From contig JAVJWO010000065.1 in the NCBI GenBank assembly GCA_040222015.1, positions 1-38,149 on the forward strand: a stretch of 38,149 bases of DNA. Direction: 5' to 3'. Positions 18,253-29,600 of the stretch are shown here, in pieces. The translations under genes and the position numbers were made by a program. The notes beneath the pieces were generated by a model, which worked only from the letters and a program-made list of their open reading frames with translations, did not search any database and had not been told where the DNA came from. Position 1 is the first letter of the stretch; the number at the start of each line of letters is the position of its first letter. Source of the stretch: Coleofasciculus chthonoplastes F2-STO-03. Lineage in GTDB: Bacteria; Cyanobacteriota; Cyanobacteriia; Cyanobacteriales; Coleofasciculaceae.

Positions 18253-19851
18253 GATTTTCCTTGGTTAACCGTAATTATTCTGTTTCCCATCGTCGCTTCT
18301 CTGGGCATTCCTTTATTGCCCGACAAGAATGGCGTCTGGGAACGCTGGTATGCCCTGATTGTTGGGCTAATTGATTTTACGTTGATCGTTTGTGCCTTTG
18401 TCATCAACTATGACTTTGACAATCCGGGCTTGCAATTGGTGGAAAAATATGCTTGGATACCCACGCTGGACTTGAATTGGTCGGTGGGGGTGGATGGCTT
18501 ATCCATGCCGTTGGTACTGCTGACGGGGTTTATGACCACATTAGCTATCCTGGCGGCTTGGCCCGTCACCCTGAAGCCGAAGCTGTTTTACTTCCTGATG
18601 CTGGCAATGTACGGCGGTCAAATTGCCGTGTTTGCAGTTCAGGATATGCTGTTGTTTTTCCTGGCGTGGGAACTGGAGTTAATTCCGGTATATTTGCTGC
18701 TATCGATTTGGGGTGGCAAAAAGCGGCTGTATGCGGCGACGAAGTTTATTCTGTATACGGCAGGGGGTTCGCTGTTTATTTTGATTGCAGCCTTGGCGAT
18801 GGCATTCTATGGGGATACTGTCACCTTTGATATGCGATCGCTCGCCTTGAAGGATTATGCGATTAATCTAGAATTGTTGCTATATGCGGCGTTTCTGATT
18901 TCCTACGGGGTGAAGTTACCGATTTTCCCCTTGCATACTTGGTTACCGGATGCCCACGGCGAAGCCACCGCACCCGTTCACATGTTGCTGGCGGGGATTC
19001 TGTTGAAGATGGGTGGATATGCCCTGATTCGGATGAATGCCGGGATGTTACCCGATGCCCATGCCTATTTTGCCCCAGTGTTGGTGATTTTAGGGGTGGT
19101 GAATATCGTGTATGCGGCATTAACCTCTTTTGCCCAACGCAACCTCAAGCGCAAGATTGCCTATTCCTCGATTTCCCACATGGGCTTTGTTTTAATTGGG
19201 ATTGGCTCATTTACCGACTTGGGGTTGAGTGGGGCGGTGTTGCAAATGGTGTCCCACGGCTTAATTGGTGCAAGTCTGTTCTTTTTAGTTGGGGCAACCT
19301 ATGACCGCACCCATACCCTGATGTTGGATGAAATGGGGGGTGTCGGTCAAAAGATGCGGAAGATTTTTGCCATGTGGACGACTTGTTCCATGGCGTCTCT
19401 GGCGTTACCGGGGATGAGTGGGTTTGTGGCAGAGTTAATGGTGTTTGTCGGATTTGCCACCTCGGATGCCTACAATTCCACGTTTAAGGTGATTGTGGTC
19501 TTTTTGGCAGCCGTTGGGGTGATTCTGACGCCGATTTATCTGCTGTCTAATCTGCGGGAAATCTTCTACGGTTCCGAGAATAAGGAACTGGTGGAACATG
19601 AGGTTTTGCAAGATGCGGAACCCCGTGAGGTGTTTATTATTGCTTGTTTGCTGGTGCCGATTATTGGTATTGGCTTGTATCCCAAGCTAGTCACGCAAAT
19701 GTATGACTCGACAACGCAACAGTTAACTGCCCGGTTGCGCGGTTCGGTACCGACGTTAGCGGAAGGGAAACCGCCCGTTGTATCAATGGTAGCCCCAGAA
19801 ATTGGGGGACGCGATCGCGCGGGGTTAGAAGTTTCGCCACCTGTCCGTTAG
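18247..19851 (+). CDS. ndhD1: NDH-1 subunit D1 (NAD(P)H-quinone oxidoreductase subunit 4)
   Basis: [26 protein letters not shown] and [13 protein letters not shown] motifs; follows ndhF1. Confidence 0.96.
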   Translation: MTDFPWLTVIILFPIVASLGIPLLPDKNGVWERWYALIVGLIDFTLIVCAFVINYDFDNPGLQLVEKYAWIPTLDLNWSVGVDGLSMPLVLLTGFMTTLAILAAWPVTLKPKLFYFLMLAMYGGQIAVFAVQDMLLFFLAWELELIPVYLLLSIWGGKKRLYAATKFILYTAGGSLFILIAALAMAFYGDTVTFDMRSLALKDYAINLELLLYAAFLISYGVKLPIFPLHTWLPDAHGEATAPVHMLLAGILLKMGGYALIRMNAGMLPDAHAYFAPVLVILGVVNIVYAALTSFAQRNLKRKIAYSSISHMGFVLIGIGSFTDLGLSGAVLQMVSHGLIGASLFFLVGATYDRTHTLMLDEMGGVGQKMRKIFAMWTTCSMASLALPGMSGFVAELMVFVGFATSDAYNSTFKVIVVFLAAVGVILTPIYLLSNLREIFYGSENKELVEHEVLQDAEPREVFIIACLLVPIIGIGLYPKLVTQMYDSTTQQLTARLRGSVPTLAEGKPPVVSMVAPEIGGRDRAGLEVSPPVR

Positions 19852-19879
19852 CGCTGCTGGTTTCAATTTTAGCTTATCC

Positions 19880-19931
19880 GGCGATTCATCCCACGCTCTA
19901 ATCTTCGATTGAGCGTGGGGAACCTATCGCC
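19880..19931 (+). terminator. Long hairpin after ndhD1, resembling an IS200/IS605 terminal palindrome; possible terminator
   Basis: GGCGAT..CCCACGCTC.AATC TTC GATT GAGCGTGGG..ATCGCC followed by AGTTTATT. Confidence 0.5.
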
Positions 19932-20019
19932 AGTTTATTAGCTTACAACTTGCTTGTTGTAAGCTAATATTAAGGGTAAATTGTTTTTGTATTTCATAAG
20001 AACTGATACCAGGTGGGCA

Positions 20020-23000
20020 ATGAGTAGCCGACGGCAGGTTCGCAAAAGAGCATCCTTGGAGCCTAAAACCACTCCAGTCAATCCGTTGCGAACCCGGGGG
20101 TTCGGCAAAGGCATCCAGGCAAGAAATGCCCAGCTACCTCATGGCAATCCGTTACAGACACGTCCCTTTGGCGCTCAGAAGCCAGGGTTATCCCAAAATC
20201 AGGAAACCCATTCTCTTCAAGAACAACAAGAACAAAAGGAAGGGGCAGAGCAATTTGGTTATAATGCGGCGAATATCCCAGCTTATGCACCGGAAAGATC
20301 CCAGTTACCGATTCAGACGAAAGTAGGGCAGTTTGGCGGGTGGAATCCATCACCGATTCAGAGAGTCGATCCGGTAAAGAATCGGTTGAATTTGTGGCGG
20401 GAGCAGCAACTCGGTCAAGGGAAGACAGAAGAACCTGAAGATGTTTCTGAGCGAGAAGAGCAGGAGACGCCACCAGAAGCGGCGGTAGTACAACGATTAC
20501 AGGAATCAGACACACAACCGATTTCAGATCGGGAGATTCAACCGCAGGAAATTGCTGAACCTGGAGACAAAGAGACGCCAACTCCACCACCAAAGGCAGA
20601 GACAATTCAACCGAAATCTGTCAGTATTGCCAAAACCATTTCTCCTCAGACGAAGGCGCAGCTAAGGCGAAAGCTATTTCCAGAATCCCAGGATGAAACT
20701 GAGAAAATTCCTGAGTTTTCCACTATTGTTGACCGTGAGCAGCAATCCTCATCGGTTGTTGAGAATCCTAAAACGCCTTTAGCCAAGGCAAAGCAATTCG
20801 CGAACTTACCCGCCAAGGTAGGCAGGGATAAAAAACCGCTCACATCGCTGAAAACGAATAGACCTGCTTCCTTACCGCAGACATTTAAACCCAGTGAAGC
20901 GGATCAATCAATAGAACCTGGTGATACTGCCGAAGCCAAGGGGGTTCCCTCGAGTTCCAACAAAAGCCTGCTACCAGATGCTGGGAGAGTTCCTCATCCT
21001 CAACCCTCTGCAGCGAAGGAAGCTGGTGCAGATTTAGCCGTTTCTGAGCAACCCTCAGACAAGTCACAACCAGAAGCGGTGGCTATGGAGACAGGAACCC
21101 TACCCTCAACAGAAGGTAATCCTGAGAGCGATCAGACGACACTAACCGAAGTCGCCACAGAAAGCCCAACCTCAGCACCCTCAACCAAAGCTGATACCCC
21201 AACTCCACAGCCTGGGGCAAATCCGCAAAAATCGGGACAAGAGGCTGCTCCGAAATCAGCCGTTCAACCTGATGCAGATTCAGTCCAATCTCCTGAGACG
21301 AAGACAAATATTGTTGCCGCTCCCGCAGCCGCTATCAGTAGTCCAGCCGCAGCCGGAGGCGTTGGTGGAGCAGGCGCCGCCGGGGGAGCCAGTGCAGGTG
21401 GGGGTGACGTTGAAGCCGCAACGGTTGATGAAGAGGCTGAAGCCAATGCCATGGAGGAACGATTGGCTGAAGTGGCTCCAGAAACAGAGACCGAAAGTAA
21501 CCAGCTCTCATCCGCTGAAAAAGACGTGGCTCTCGCCGCCCTAGCAGAAGAACCCGCTACAGGCAGTCTCCCGGCTGGAGGCGGTGGAGGCGGTGGTGCG
21601 ATCGCGGAATCTGCACCTCCCCCAGCACCCCCTGATGTTTCCCAAGCTGATCCTGCGGCTGCCCTCGGTGCGGTGAGTGGCTTGCCTCCTGCCCAATTGG
21701 TATCCGCGTTAGGGGGTGTTACCGCAGCCGTTTCTAATGATGTTGGCAAACAAAAATCTGAACTCGCCGCCAATCCGCCTAGCGCCGATACGTTACCAGG
21801 AACCGGAAAATCGGCGGTAGTGAAAGCCAACTCAGGCGGCGACAAACCTAAACCCGTTGCCAAAAAAGCTGAGGGTCAAGAAAAACCCGTCCCCGAACCC
21901 AAACCCCTACCCCCAGAAAAAGCCCCGCCCCAGGTATCTGCACCAGCACCAGCCGTGCAGGGGAATGAAGAAGGCAAACTGTCAGATGCTGATATCAGCA
22001 ACATGAAGGCATCAGTGACGCGATTGCCCGTGAGTGATCCAGGGGCGAATCAAGTGTCTGCTGGACCCCCACCGAAACTGGCGCTGGAGGGCAATGCTGA
22101 TCCGCAAAAAGCCCAGGAACAGCGGGCTGAATTGGAAACCAGCTTAACGGAAGCCCAAGCTAAAGGGCAGCAAGAACTGGCTAAACCCACGGGCGTAGAG
22201 GCTATTCAACCAACCCTACCCAAAAAATCCCTGAAAGCGCAGATTACGGGAGGCGCTGGTGGGCGAGCCGCAGCCGCTGCTGCTGGGGCTGGAACTGCCC
22301 TGGCAACTGGAGCCGGGGGAGATGGTATGGGAGATGCCGCGTCTATCTTCGCTCAACAAGAGAAAGGGGGCGAAATTCAAGCCGCTGCTGCTCAAGCGCA
22401 AAGTGATTTAGCCGCGAAGAAACAAGACCATGCCACTAAGGTGGCAGAAGAACAAGCCACTGCCAAGCAAGAGGTTGAACAACTCAAACAAGATAATATC
22501 GCCCAACAAGCCCAAGAGCGGACAAAGGCAAAGGGCGAAGTGGCTGAGTTACAAGGTCAATGGAGCAAAGAACAGGATGATTTAGTCAGCCAGTCGCGCC
22601 AAGAGGGCGACAAACTGGTGGGTGAAGGGCTGCAAGAGGTAGAGACGAAACAGGCAGAAGGGGATGCCGAAGCTGTCAAGGAAATAGAAAAAGGCGAAAC
22701 GGAGGCAGAAGCCGAGCGTCAGAAGGGTGAAGCAAAGGCGGCTGAGGAGAATCAGAAAGGGGAAGAAGAGTCAAGTGGGTTATTTGGTTGGTTAGCAAGC
22801 AAGGCAAAAGCCTTCTTTGACGGGATTAAGAAAGCGATTCAGAAAGCCTTTGAAGCGGCTCGTGCGGCGATGCGAAAAGCGATTGAATCCGCTAAAAAGC
22901 TGGCAACGGCTGCGATTGAAAAGGCACGCCAAGGGATTGTGGCTGTCATCCGCCGGGTGGGAGATGCATTGATTGCTTTAGGCGATACTCTTCTGGCAAA

Positions 23001-25068
23001 ATGGCCCGGATTACGAGATAAATGGCGTAGCGCGATCGCGAAAAAAGTTCAGCAGACAGAAGATGCGGTTAATCAGCTAGCCGAAAACCTGAATCAGGGA
23101 ATTCAGAAAGCTTTGGATGTTTTAGGTGGCGCCCTAGATGCCGCCCTAGGTTTGCTTGAGAAAGGGATGTTAGTTGTCGTCAGCGTCTACAAAGGCGTTG
23201 TCATGGGGGCGATTAAGTTGGGTGAAGGGATTGCCAAAGCCTTGGGCGCTTTTGCGGTGTTGGCGAAGGATATTGCCGCCAACCCTGGACAATGGATTAG
23301 TAATTTAGGGGCGGCAGTATCTGATGGTATCCGCAATCACCTCTGGAGTGCCTTCAAAGAACAGGTACAAATCTGGTTCAATCAAAAGTTAGAGGCAGTT
23401 CTCGGTTTAGGTGCAGCCGTTTGGAAGATCTTGACCCAAGGCGGTATCGCCATGGCAGAAGTGGGTAAGATGGCTTGGACTGCGGTTAAGCAGGCGTTAC
23501 CGACGATTATTATTGGTGTTTTGCTGGAGCGCCTCGTCTCAATGATTGTGCCTGCGGCTGGGGCAGTATTGGCGATTATCCAGGGATTACAGGCGGCTTG
23601 GGGCACGGTTAGCCAGATTATTCAAGCCTTTGGACGCTTCATCGAGTTCTTGAAGGCGATCAAGACAGGGGCAGCAGGTCCTCAGTTTGGGGCATTGTTG
23701 GCTTCAGCCGCGATCGTCTTGCTGGACTTTATTACTAATTTCATCATTGTCAAGATTGCTAAGGCTGCCCGGAAGGTGGCAGGTAAGCTGAAGGGCTTGG
23801 CGAAGAGCTTGATGAAGCGGTTTAAGGGGAAGAAAGGGAAGAAAGGCAAGAAGACAAAAGATAAAACGATAAAAGCCAAGAAGAAGGACGAACGCAAAGA
23901 CAGCAAGAAGCAAGCAAAGTTGGAAAAAGCAGTATCTGCAATTAAGCCCAAAGCAGCCAAATTACTTAAAAGTGGCACAAGTAACTTCTACTTAAAGGGA
24001 AAGCTTTTATTTTGGAAAGTCCGTTACGGTTTATCATCCTTAACAATGGATCAAAGTGGCAACATAAAAGCCACCGTCAATCCATCAACTATTTTAGACA
24101 ATCCTAAAGGTAAGAAAGTATCAGATTCGGAATTGGGCAAGCTCCTGATGCCAATATTTGCTAGGGCAGAGAAGGAGTACGAGCAAAGCTTGTTAATAAG
24201 GAATCTGAGAGATAGACAAGAAGTTGAGGAAGCTTCACAAAGGTGGGAGGAAGGCGAACCTGGATCTTTAGGAGGACTATCAAGATTTCAACAACAGATG
24301 ATAATTAGAGACGTTCAGGCTCCGACAGGAAAACGCGAAGTTGAACCTAGTGTACAAATATTTACACCAAATCTTTCGTCTAAAGGGAAAGTAGAAAGTC
24401 TTGGTAAATATAAAGAAATACTAAGAAGCTTCACAAAAAAAGCAAAAAAATACGGAGCTGATGAAAGAGATTTAGCAAGTATTTTAACGAGCAAAACTAG
24501 CACTATAGAGCCAAAGTTGAAGCAATTTGAAACAGGACTAGAAATAATCAATACCAATCCAAAAACAAAACGCCTAACAAAAACACTAAGGAAAGAGATC
24601 ACAGTTTTCTTAAATGAACTACGTCGAATAGCCTTTTTGACACAAGCATTCGAGCCTGCTCGAATACCTGGAATTGCGACAGCTACCGCTGTATCTTCTA
24701 CTTTGCTTTCGCAAGGTATGGTGAAACCAGAACAGTTAATTAGCCCTGAAGGAAACATGGCTCCCATGACGCCTGTTGGAGCAGCACCTGAAAGTGGAAA
24801 ACCTGAATCCTCTGAGCAGAAGAGAGCTGAAAAATTACGATATCGTCGTGTTGGTCGAATATTTGGAAACCTTCTTGATGCGGCTAAAACAACACCTATC
24901 ATCGTCGCTGAAGGCAATTATGATCTTCATGACCTAGCATTGGCAGTAAGAATGTGGCTAGAGGAAAGAAAAAGAAAAATGCCTAATCCTGAGGATCTTG
25001 CTGCCGCTGAGACATTACTGAAAGCAGAAATCAAGAAGATGTTGTTGTCTTATCATGGAAAGAGATAG
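20020..25068 (+). CDS. Large polymorphic-toxin-like protein (about 1,680 aa): disordered N-terminus, coiled-coil, amphipathic/hydrophobic helices, Lys-rich linker, divergent C-terminal domain
   Basis: Uninterrupted ORF, with ATG 20020 preferred. N-terminal NPL.TR.FG repeats and IQTK/IQR/VVQR motifs like those of eCIS-associated DUF4157 proteins; composition shifts to AT-rich after about 23900. Confidence 0.7.
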   Translation: MSSRRQVRKRASLEPKTTPVNPLRTRGFGKGIQARNAQLPHGNPLQTRPFGAQKPGLSQNQETHSLQEQQEQKEGAEQFGYNAANIPAYAPERSQLPIQTKVGQFGGWNPSPIQRVDPVKNRLNLWREQQLGQGKTEEPEDVSEREEQETPPEAAVVQRLQESDTQPISDREIQPQEIAEPGDKETPTPPPKAETIQPKSVSIAKTISPQTKAQLRRKLFPESQDETEKIPEFSTIVDREQQSSSVVENPKTPLAKAKQFANLPAKVGRDKKPLTSLKTNRPASLPQTFKPSEADQSIEPGDTAEAKGVPSSSNKSLLPDAGRVPHPQPSAAKEAGADLAVSEQPSDKSQPEAVAMETGTLPSTEGNPESDQTTLTEVATESPTSAPSTKADTPTPQPGANPQKSGQEAAPKSAVQPDADSVQSPETKTNIVAAPAAAISSPAAAGGVGGAGAAGGASAGGGDVEAATVDEEAEANAMEERLAEVAPETETESNQLSSAEKDVALAALAEEPATGSLPAGGGGGGGAIAESAPPPAPPDVSQADPAAALGAVSGLPPAQLVSALGGVTAAVSNDVGKQKSELAANPPSADTLPGTGKSAVVKANSGGDKPKPVAKKAEGQEKPVPEPKPLPPEKAPPQVSAPAPAVQGNEEGKLSDADISNMKASVTRLPVSDPGANQVSAGPPPKLALEGNADPQKAQEQRAELETSLTEAQAKGQQELAKPTGVEAIQPTLPKKSLKAQITGGAGGRAAAAAAGAGTALATGAGGDGMGDAASIFAQQEKGGEIQAAAAQAQSDLAAKKQDHATKVAEEQATAKQEVEQLKQDNIAQQAQERTKAKGEVAELQGQWSKEQDDLVSQSRQEGDKLVGEGLQEVETKQAEGDAEAVKEIEKGETEAEAERQKGEAKAAEENQKGEEESSGLFGWLASKAKAFFDGIKKAIQKAFEAARAAMRKAIESAKKLATAAIEKARQGIVAVIRRVGDALIALGDTLLAKWPGLRDKWRSAIAKKVQQTEDAVNQLAENLNQGIQKALDVLGGALDAALGLLEKGMLVVVSVYKGVVMGAIKLGEGIAKALGAFAVLAKDIAANPGQWISNLGAAVSDGIRNHLWSAFKEQVQIWFNQKLEAVLGLGAAVWKILTQGGIAMAEVGKMAWTAVKQALPTIIIGVLLERLVSMIVPAAGAVLAIIQGLQAAWGTVSQIIQAFGRFIEFLKAIKTGAAGPQFGALLASAAIVLLDFITNFIIVKIAKAARKVAGKLKGLAKSLMKRFKGKKGKKGKKTKDKTIKAKKKDERKDSKKQAKLEKAVSAIKPKAAKLLKSGTSNFYLKGKLLFWKVRYGLSSLTMDQSGNIKATVNPSTILDNPKGKKVSDSELGKLLMPIFARAEKEYEQSLLIRNLRDRQEVEEASQRWEEGEPGSLGGLSRFQQQMIIRDVQAPTGKREVEPSVQIFTPNLSSKGKVESLGKYKEILRSFTKKAKKYGADERDLASILTSKTSTIEPKLKQFETGLEIINTNPKTKRLTKTLRKEITVFLNELRRIAFLTQAFEPARIPGIATATAVSSTLLSQGMVKPEQLISPEGNMAPMTPVGAAPESGKPESSEQKRAEKLRYRRVGRIFGNLLDAAKTTPIIVAEGNYDLHDLALAVRMWLEERKRKMPNPEDLAAAETLLKAEIKKMLLSYHGKR

Positions 25069-25070
25069 AT

Positions 25071-25652
25071 ATGAGCCGACAGTATTATGTTTTAGAAACT
25101 GACCCAAGTGAATTATCTTTTCTTGATACTATGCAAGATGCACTTGACCTTATAGAAGAACAATATGGAACAAAGTTTAGTTATGCTTTTTATGAAAAGG
25201 GTGGTGAAGGACTGGGAAGACACGTTTACGTAGAAGAACACAAGCAAGCAATTATTAGCTTAGCTGTAAATTTTGCTATTCCTACATACTATCTAATTGT
25301 TGAGGCTGCTACACAAGAAAAGCTAGAACTTATCAGTAGTTTGCTAAATGATATTTTATTTTTTGTGCCACTTGAAACTCTTCAAAAAAATGCTCGGAAT
25401 CAAATGTATTACAATCCGCAGTCTCTAGTTAAAATGGCACTCGGCACTGGCAATAATTCTGATTCGGAGTCTTTGGAAATCTTGTTATCAGCATTAAGAA
25501 ATCAAGACCCTCTTGTGAGATTCAGAGCTGTGGAAGCCGCCAGCTTAACTGGATGGTCAGAATTCACGCCGTTGCTTGAATTTATGAGTCAAAGCGATGA
25601 GAGCAGTGAAGTACGAGAGATGGCGAGTCAAGCACTCAAAACTTGCCGATAG
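25071..25652 (+). CDS. HEAT-repeat protein, candidate immunity protein
   Basis: Starts 2 nt after the large ORF's stop; C-terminal HEAT motifs (ALRNQDPLVRFRAVEA, DESSEVREMASQAL); AT-rich. Confidence 0.75.
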   Translation: MSRQYYVLETDPSELSFLDTMQDALDLIEEQYGTKFSYAFYEKGGEGLGRHVYVEEHKQAIISLAVNFAIPTYYLIVEAATQEKLELISSLLNDILFFVPLETLQKNARNQMYYNPQSLVKMALGTGNNSDSESLEILLSALRNQDPLVRFRAVEAASLTGWSEFTPLLEFMSQSDESSEVREMASQALKTCR

Positions 25653-25678
25653 TTAACTAAATAGTTAAGATCTTTCAC

Positions 25679-26437
25679 ATGCAAAATCCTCCCTCCGAAG
25701 AAGAACTCCAACAAACCCTTCGCAACTACCTGGAAAACTGGGCGAAGGAAAACCTGCCTGACTTTAACGAACTCAGCGAAGATACCTCGACTGAAACCCT
25801 TGAGGAAATCACCAAATCCCTTGAGCAACTAGCAGATACTGAATTTGAAGCCATCACTCAAGACGCCACTGGCGAATTCATTGATGCTATCGAAGCTACT
25901 TTTCAAGACTGGGCAAAAACGGCTCGCGAGGAACTTGATCCCGACGGTGCGGGGAACCAACTCATTTACAAAGCCATGCTCAACTTCTTTGAAGCTGACG
26001 ATTGGCCCCTCGTTGAAGACGAAGATGAACCCATCCTATACATGAACTTCCAGGGTGAAAATGGTCAATGGCACTGCCTTGCTAAGGCGAGAGAAAAAGA
26101 AGACCAATGTGTATTTTACTCCCTTTATCCTGAAGCTGTTCCCGAAGATAAACGCTCAACCCTTACCGAATTCCTCACCCGTGCCAACTATGGCATGATT
26201 CTCGGCAATTTTGAGCTCGATTTCGACGATGGTGAAATTCGCTATAAAACTAGCATAGATGTTGAGGGAGATAGGCTCACCCCTACCCTAGTGCAAAATC
26301 TCGTCTACACCAATGTCATGACAATGGATCAATACCTCCCCGGTATTCTGGCTATCCTAGAACAAAATCTAACAGCTAAAGATGCGCTTGATCTGGTTGA
26401 GAAACAACTCGAAACCAATGAACAACCATCGTCATAA
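25679..26437 (+). CDS. YbjN-domain protein (T3SS chaperone-like fold) with acidic N-terminus
   Basis: FQGENGQW, VFYS, EFLTRANYGMILGNFELDFDDGEIRYKTSIDV motifs. Confidence 0.88.
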   Translation: MQNPPSEEELQQTLRNYLENWAKENLPDFNELSEDTSTETLEEITKSLEQLADTEFEAITQDATGEFIDAIEATFQDWAKTAREELDPDGAGNQLIYKAMLNFFEADDWPLVEDEDEPILYMNFQGENGQWHCLAKAREKEDQCVFYSLYPEAVPEDKRSTLTEFLTRANYGMILGNFELDFDDGEIRYKTSIDVEGDRLTPTLVQNLVYTNVMTMDQYLPGILAILEQNLTAKDALDLVEKQLETNEQPSS

Positions 26438-26461
26438 GAACGATAATCAAGTGGTATGTTT

Positions 26462-26578
26462 GTAGTGAGGACTTTAGTCCTCTTCTCTGAGGAGCTTCTC
26501 TCGCCTACGACAAACAGGATTGTATCAAGTTATGTCGAATGCCACTGACTTAAAGCTGGTGGGCAATGCCCACCCTAC
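26462..26578. repeat. GTAG REP-like palindromes between convergent genes
   Basis: GTAGTGAGGACTTTAGTCCTC and GGTGGGCAATGCCCACCCTAC. Confidence 0.65.
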
Positions 26579-26631
26579 GGTAGATCAAAGGTTTCGGCGA
26601 TACAAAAATGCTTATTTCAGTGCCATTCAAG

Positions 26632-29600
26632 TTATGTCTCTTTCTTAAACAAATTCACCTGTCGCAAATCTAATGTCAACGGATATTCCGGACTCAATGA
26701 TAAGGGTGGCATCGAAATTATTCCCGGTGTATGATCCTCGGAGATAAACCGTTCTAACATCCGTGACTCCGCTTCTCGGTAATTAACGGGAAATTTATCA
26801 TAAATGATGCCATTGGGATGATTCACATAATAACGACAGCCACCAATTGACCGTTGAATCCAGGTATCTACAATGTCAAAGACTAATGGTGAATGAGAAC
26901 TAATTGAAGGATGCAATAACGCCGCATATTCCTTGGCGCGGAAGCGTACCCCACCCACATAGTCTCCCGGTATTCCGGTAGACTTTAACTGCACCGGATA
27001 CCCATTACAAGTAACCTGATAACGGGATGAAACATTATCTCGATTTGGCGAATGTCCCATCGCGCCCCGCAATCTTACCTGTATCCGTTCCATAGAAGAA
27101 TCCACATAACGAGCGGTTCCACCCGTACCTGTTTCTTCTCCTAAAACGTGCCAGGGTTCGATCGCGTGCCGTAATTCTAACTCTACGCCCTCTCGGTTAA
27201 TCTCGCCATAGCGCGGGAACCGGAACTCAAAAAACGGCTCAAACCACTCCAATTTAAACGGATATCCCGCCTCCTGCAACTCACGGATCACCTGCCGCAA
27301 ATCCTCGCCGATGTAGTACGGTAACAGAAAGCGATCGTGCAACATCGTACCCCAGCGAATTAACTTCTGGGTATAGGGATGCTCCCAAAACCATGCCACC
27401 AGCGCCCGAATTAGCAGCATTTGCAGTAAACTCATTCTCCAATGAGGGGGCATAGCAAACGCCCGAAATTCTAATAATCCTAACTGATTGCGGTAATTTT
27501 CTACCGGATAAAGCTTATCAATACAGAAAGCGGTGCGGTGAGTATTCCCCGTTACATCAACTAAGAGATTGCGTAACAGTCGGTCTACTAATTCTGGCGC
27601 TACCTCCTCACCCGGTTGTAATGTTTGAAAGGCAATTTCTAACTCATACAAACTCTCATGTCGCGCCTCATCCACACGGGGCGATTGACTGGTGGGTCCG
27701 ACAAATAGCCCTGCAAACAAATAGGATAAACTGGGATGATTTTGCCAATAACTAATCAAACTCCTGAGTAAATCCGGACGCCGCAATAAGGGACTCTCTA
27801 AGGGCGTTTTGCCGCCAATCGTAATATGAGCGCCGCCCCCCGTACTGACTCGTCGTCCATCTAAGGTATATTTTTCAGTTCCCAGACGACAAAGCCGCGC
27901 CTCTTCATACAGGGTTGTGGTAATATCCACTAATTCTTGCCAATTTCCGGCTGGATGAATATTGACCTCAATTACACCTGGATCAGGGGTAATTTGAAAC
28001 CCTTCAATTCCCCCATTACCGGGAGGGGTATACCCTTCAATTAATACTGGAGTTTTAACCTTTGCCGCCGTTTCTTCAATCGCGGTGATTAAATCTAAGA
28101 AACTTCGCGCCGAAGTCAAAGGAGGCAAAAAGATATGTAAAATTCCTTGCCTAGCTTCTACACTTAAACCAATCCGAATCGTATTATCAGGTGAGTCAAT
28201 AAATTCCGGACTGGGTAGGGCTGGATTCGCCTCCAAGGGGACGATTCCTTCTTGTACCAATTCCTCGGACCAATCGATGGAATTCAGGGGTAAACGGAAC
28301 CCGGCGGGGGAGTCACCCACTAACAGATTTAGCCTTTCATCGGGGAATCGCCAATGACAGGTACTCCAATACAATTGCTCATCTTTTAATACAGGTAATA
28401 TTGGTAAAACATACCCACCAATGTCTCCTTCATGTTCATACGCCGGAATAATACAGTCAGGATTAACACCTAGATGCTTTGCTAACGCCTGAATAAATAT
28501 CTCCCCCTGTTTGGCTGTATGTCCATAATCCTTCCCTTCTGCTGCATACCACTCTCGATTCTGCCAAATCGGAGTACCATCACTGCGCCAGTAGCATCCC
28601 AATGCCCATCGGGGTAAAATTTCACCCGGATACCATTTTCCTAACCCATAGTGCAGTAATCCCCCTCCCTCAGAAAACCGGGCTTCTAGGCGTTTGAGTA
28701 ACTGTCCAGCAATTTTGCGTTTTTCGTCACCGAGGGCGGCAATTTGCCATTGGGGAGATTCAAAATCGTCAATGGAGACATAAGTGGGTTCACCTCCCAT
28801 GGTTAAGCCCACACCTGCACGGTGTAGCGTTTCGTCTACCGCTTTGCCTAAACTATCAATCTGTTGCCATTGGTCTTCCGTATAGGGTTTACTGGGGCTG
28901 GCGATGTTCTCATGACGCGACACCTTCACCGCAAACTCTAACTGAGACTGACAGGGTTCACTGGTTCCCCTCACCGGAGAAGCGGCTTCTGGGTTGGGAG
29001 TACAGACGAGAGGAATATGTCCTTCCGCCGCCAAGTACCCAGATGTGGGATCTAATCCAATCCAACCACCACCGGGAAGATAGACTTCTGCCCAAGCGTG
29101 AAAATCGGCACAATCGGCTTCGATGCCTGGGGGTCCATCGACAGGGGGATTGTCTTCTTTGAGTTGAATCAGATAGCCGGAAACAAATCGGGCGGCTAAA
29201 CCATAATGCCGTAAGATTTGCACCAGTAACCAGGCGGTATCGCGACAGGAACCAACTTTTTGGGTCAGGGTTTCTGCACAGGATTGAATCCCGGTTTCTA
29301 AGCGTATGGTATGAGTAATATCTTGGGCAAGCTGTTGATTAATTGCCCCTAAAAATCCGGTAATATAGATGTCATTTTTTCGATTTTCTTCTACCCAATC
29401 AGATAAGAGTTTTCCTGATTCGCTGATGTCTAGGAAGGGACTCAGTTCTTTTTGGAGTTGGGGATCATAGTTAAAGGGATAGCGTTCAGCATACTGTTCA
29501 ACTAAGAAATTGAAGGGATTAATCGGTTGCAGTTGGGCAATAATATCGACTTCAATCGCGAGAGTATCGGTAGGCTTGGGGAAATTCAACCGGGCGAGGC

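Noticed and set aside
21264..24917. Antisense ORFs (199 aa, 200 aa and others) within the large toxin-like gene
   Set aside because: These are shadow frames of low-complexity coding sequence with no recognisable motifs; the same applies to the other short overlapping ORFs in the track.
20020..25068. Prophage tape-measure gene
   Set aside because: No phage structural, integrase or lysis genes flank it; the helical region alone is not sufficient evidence.
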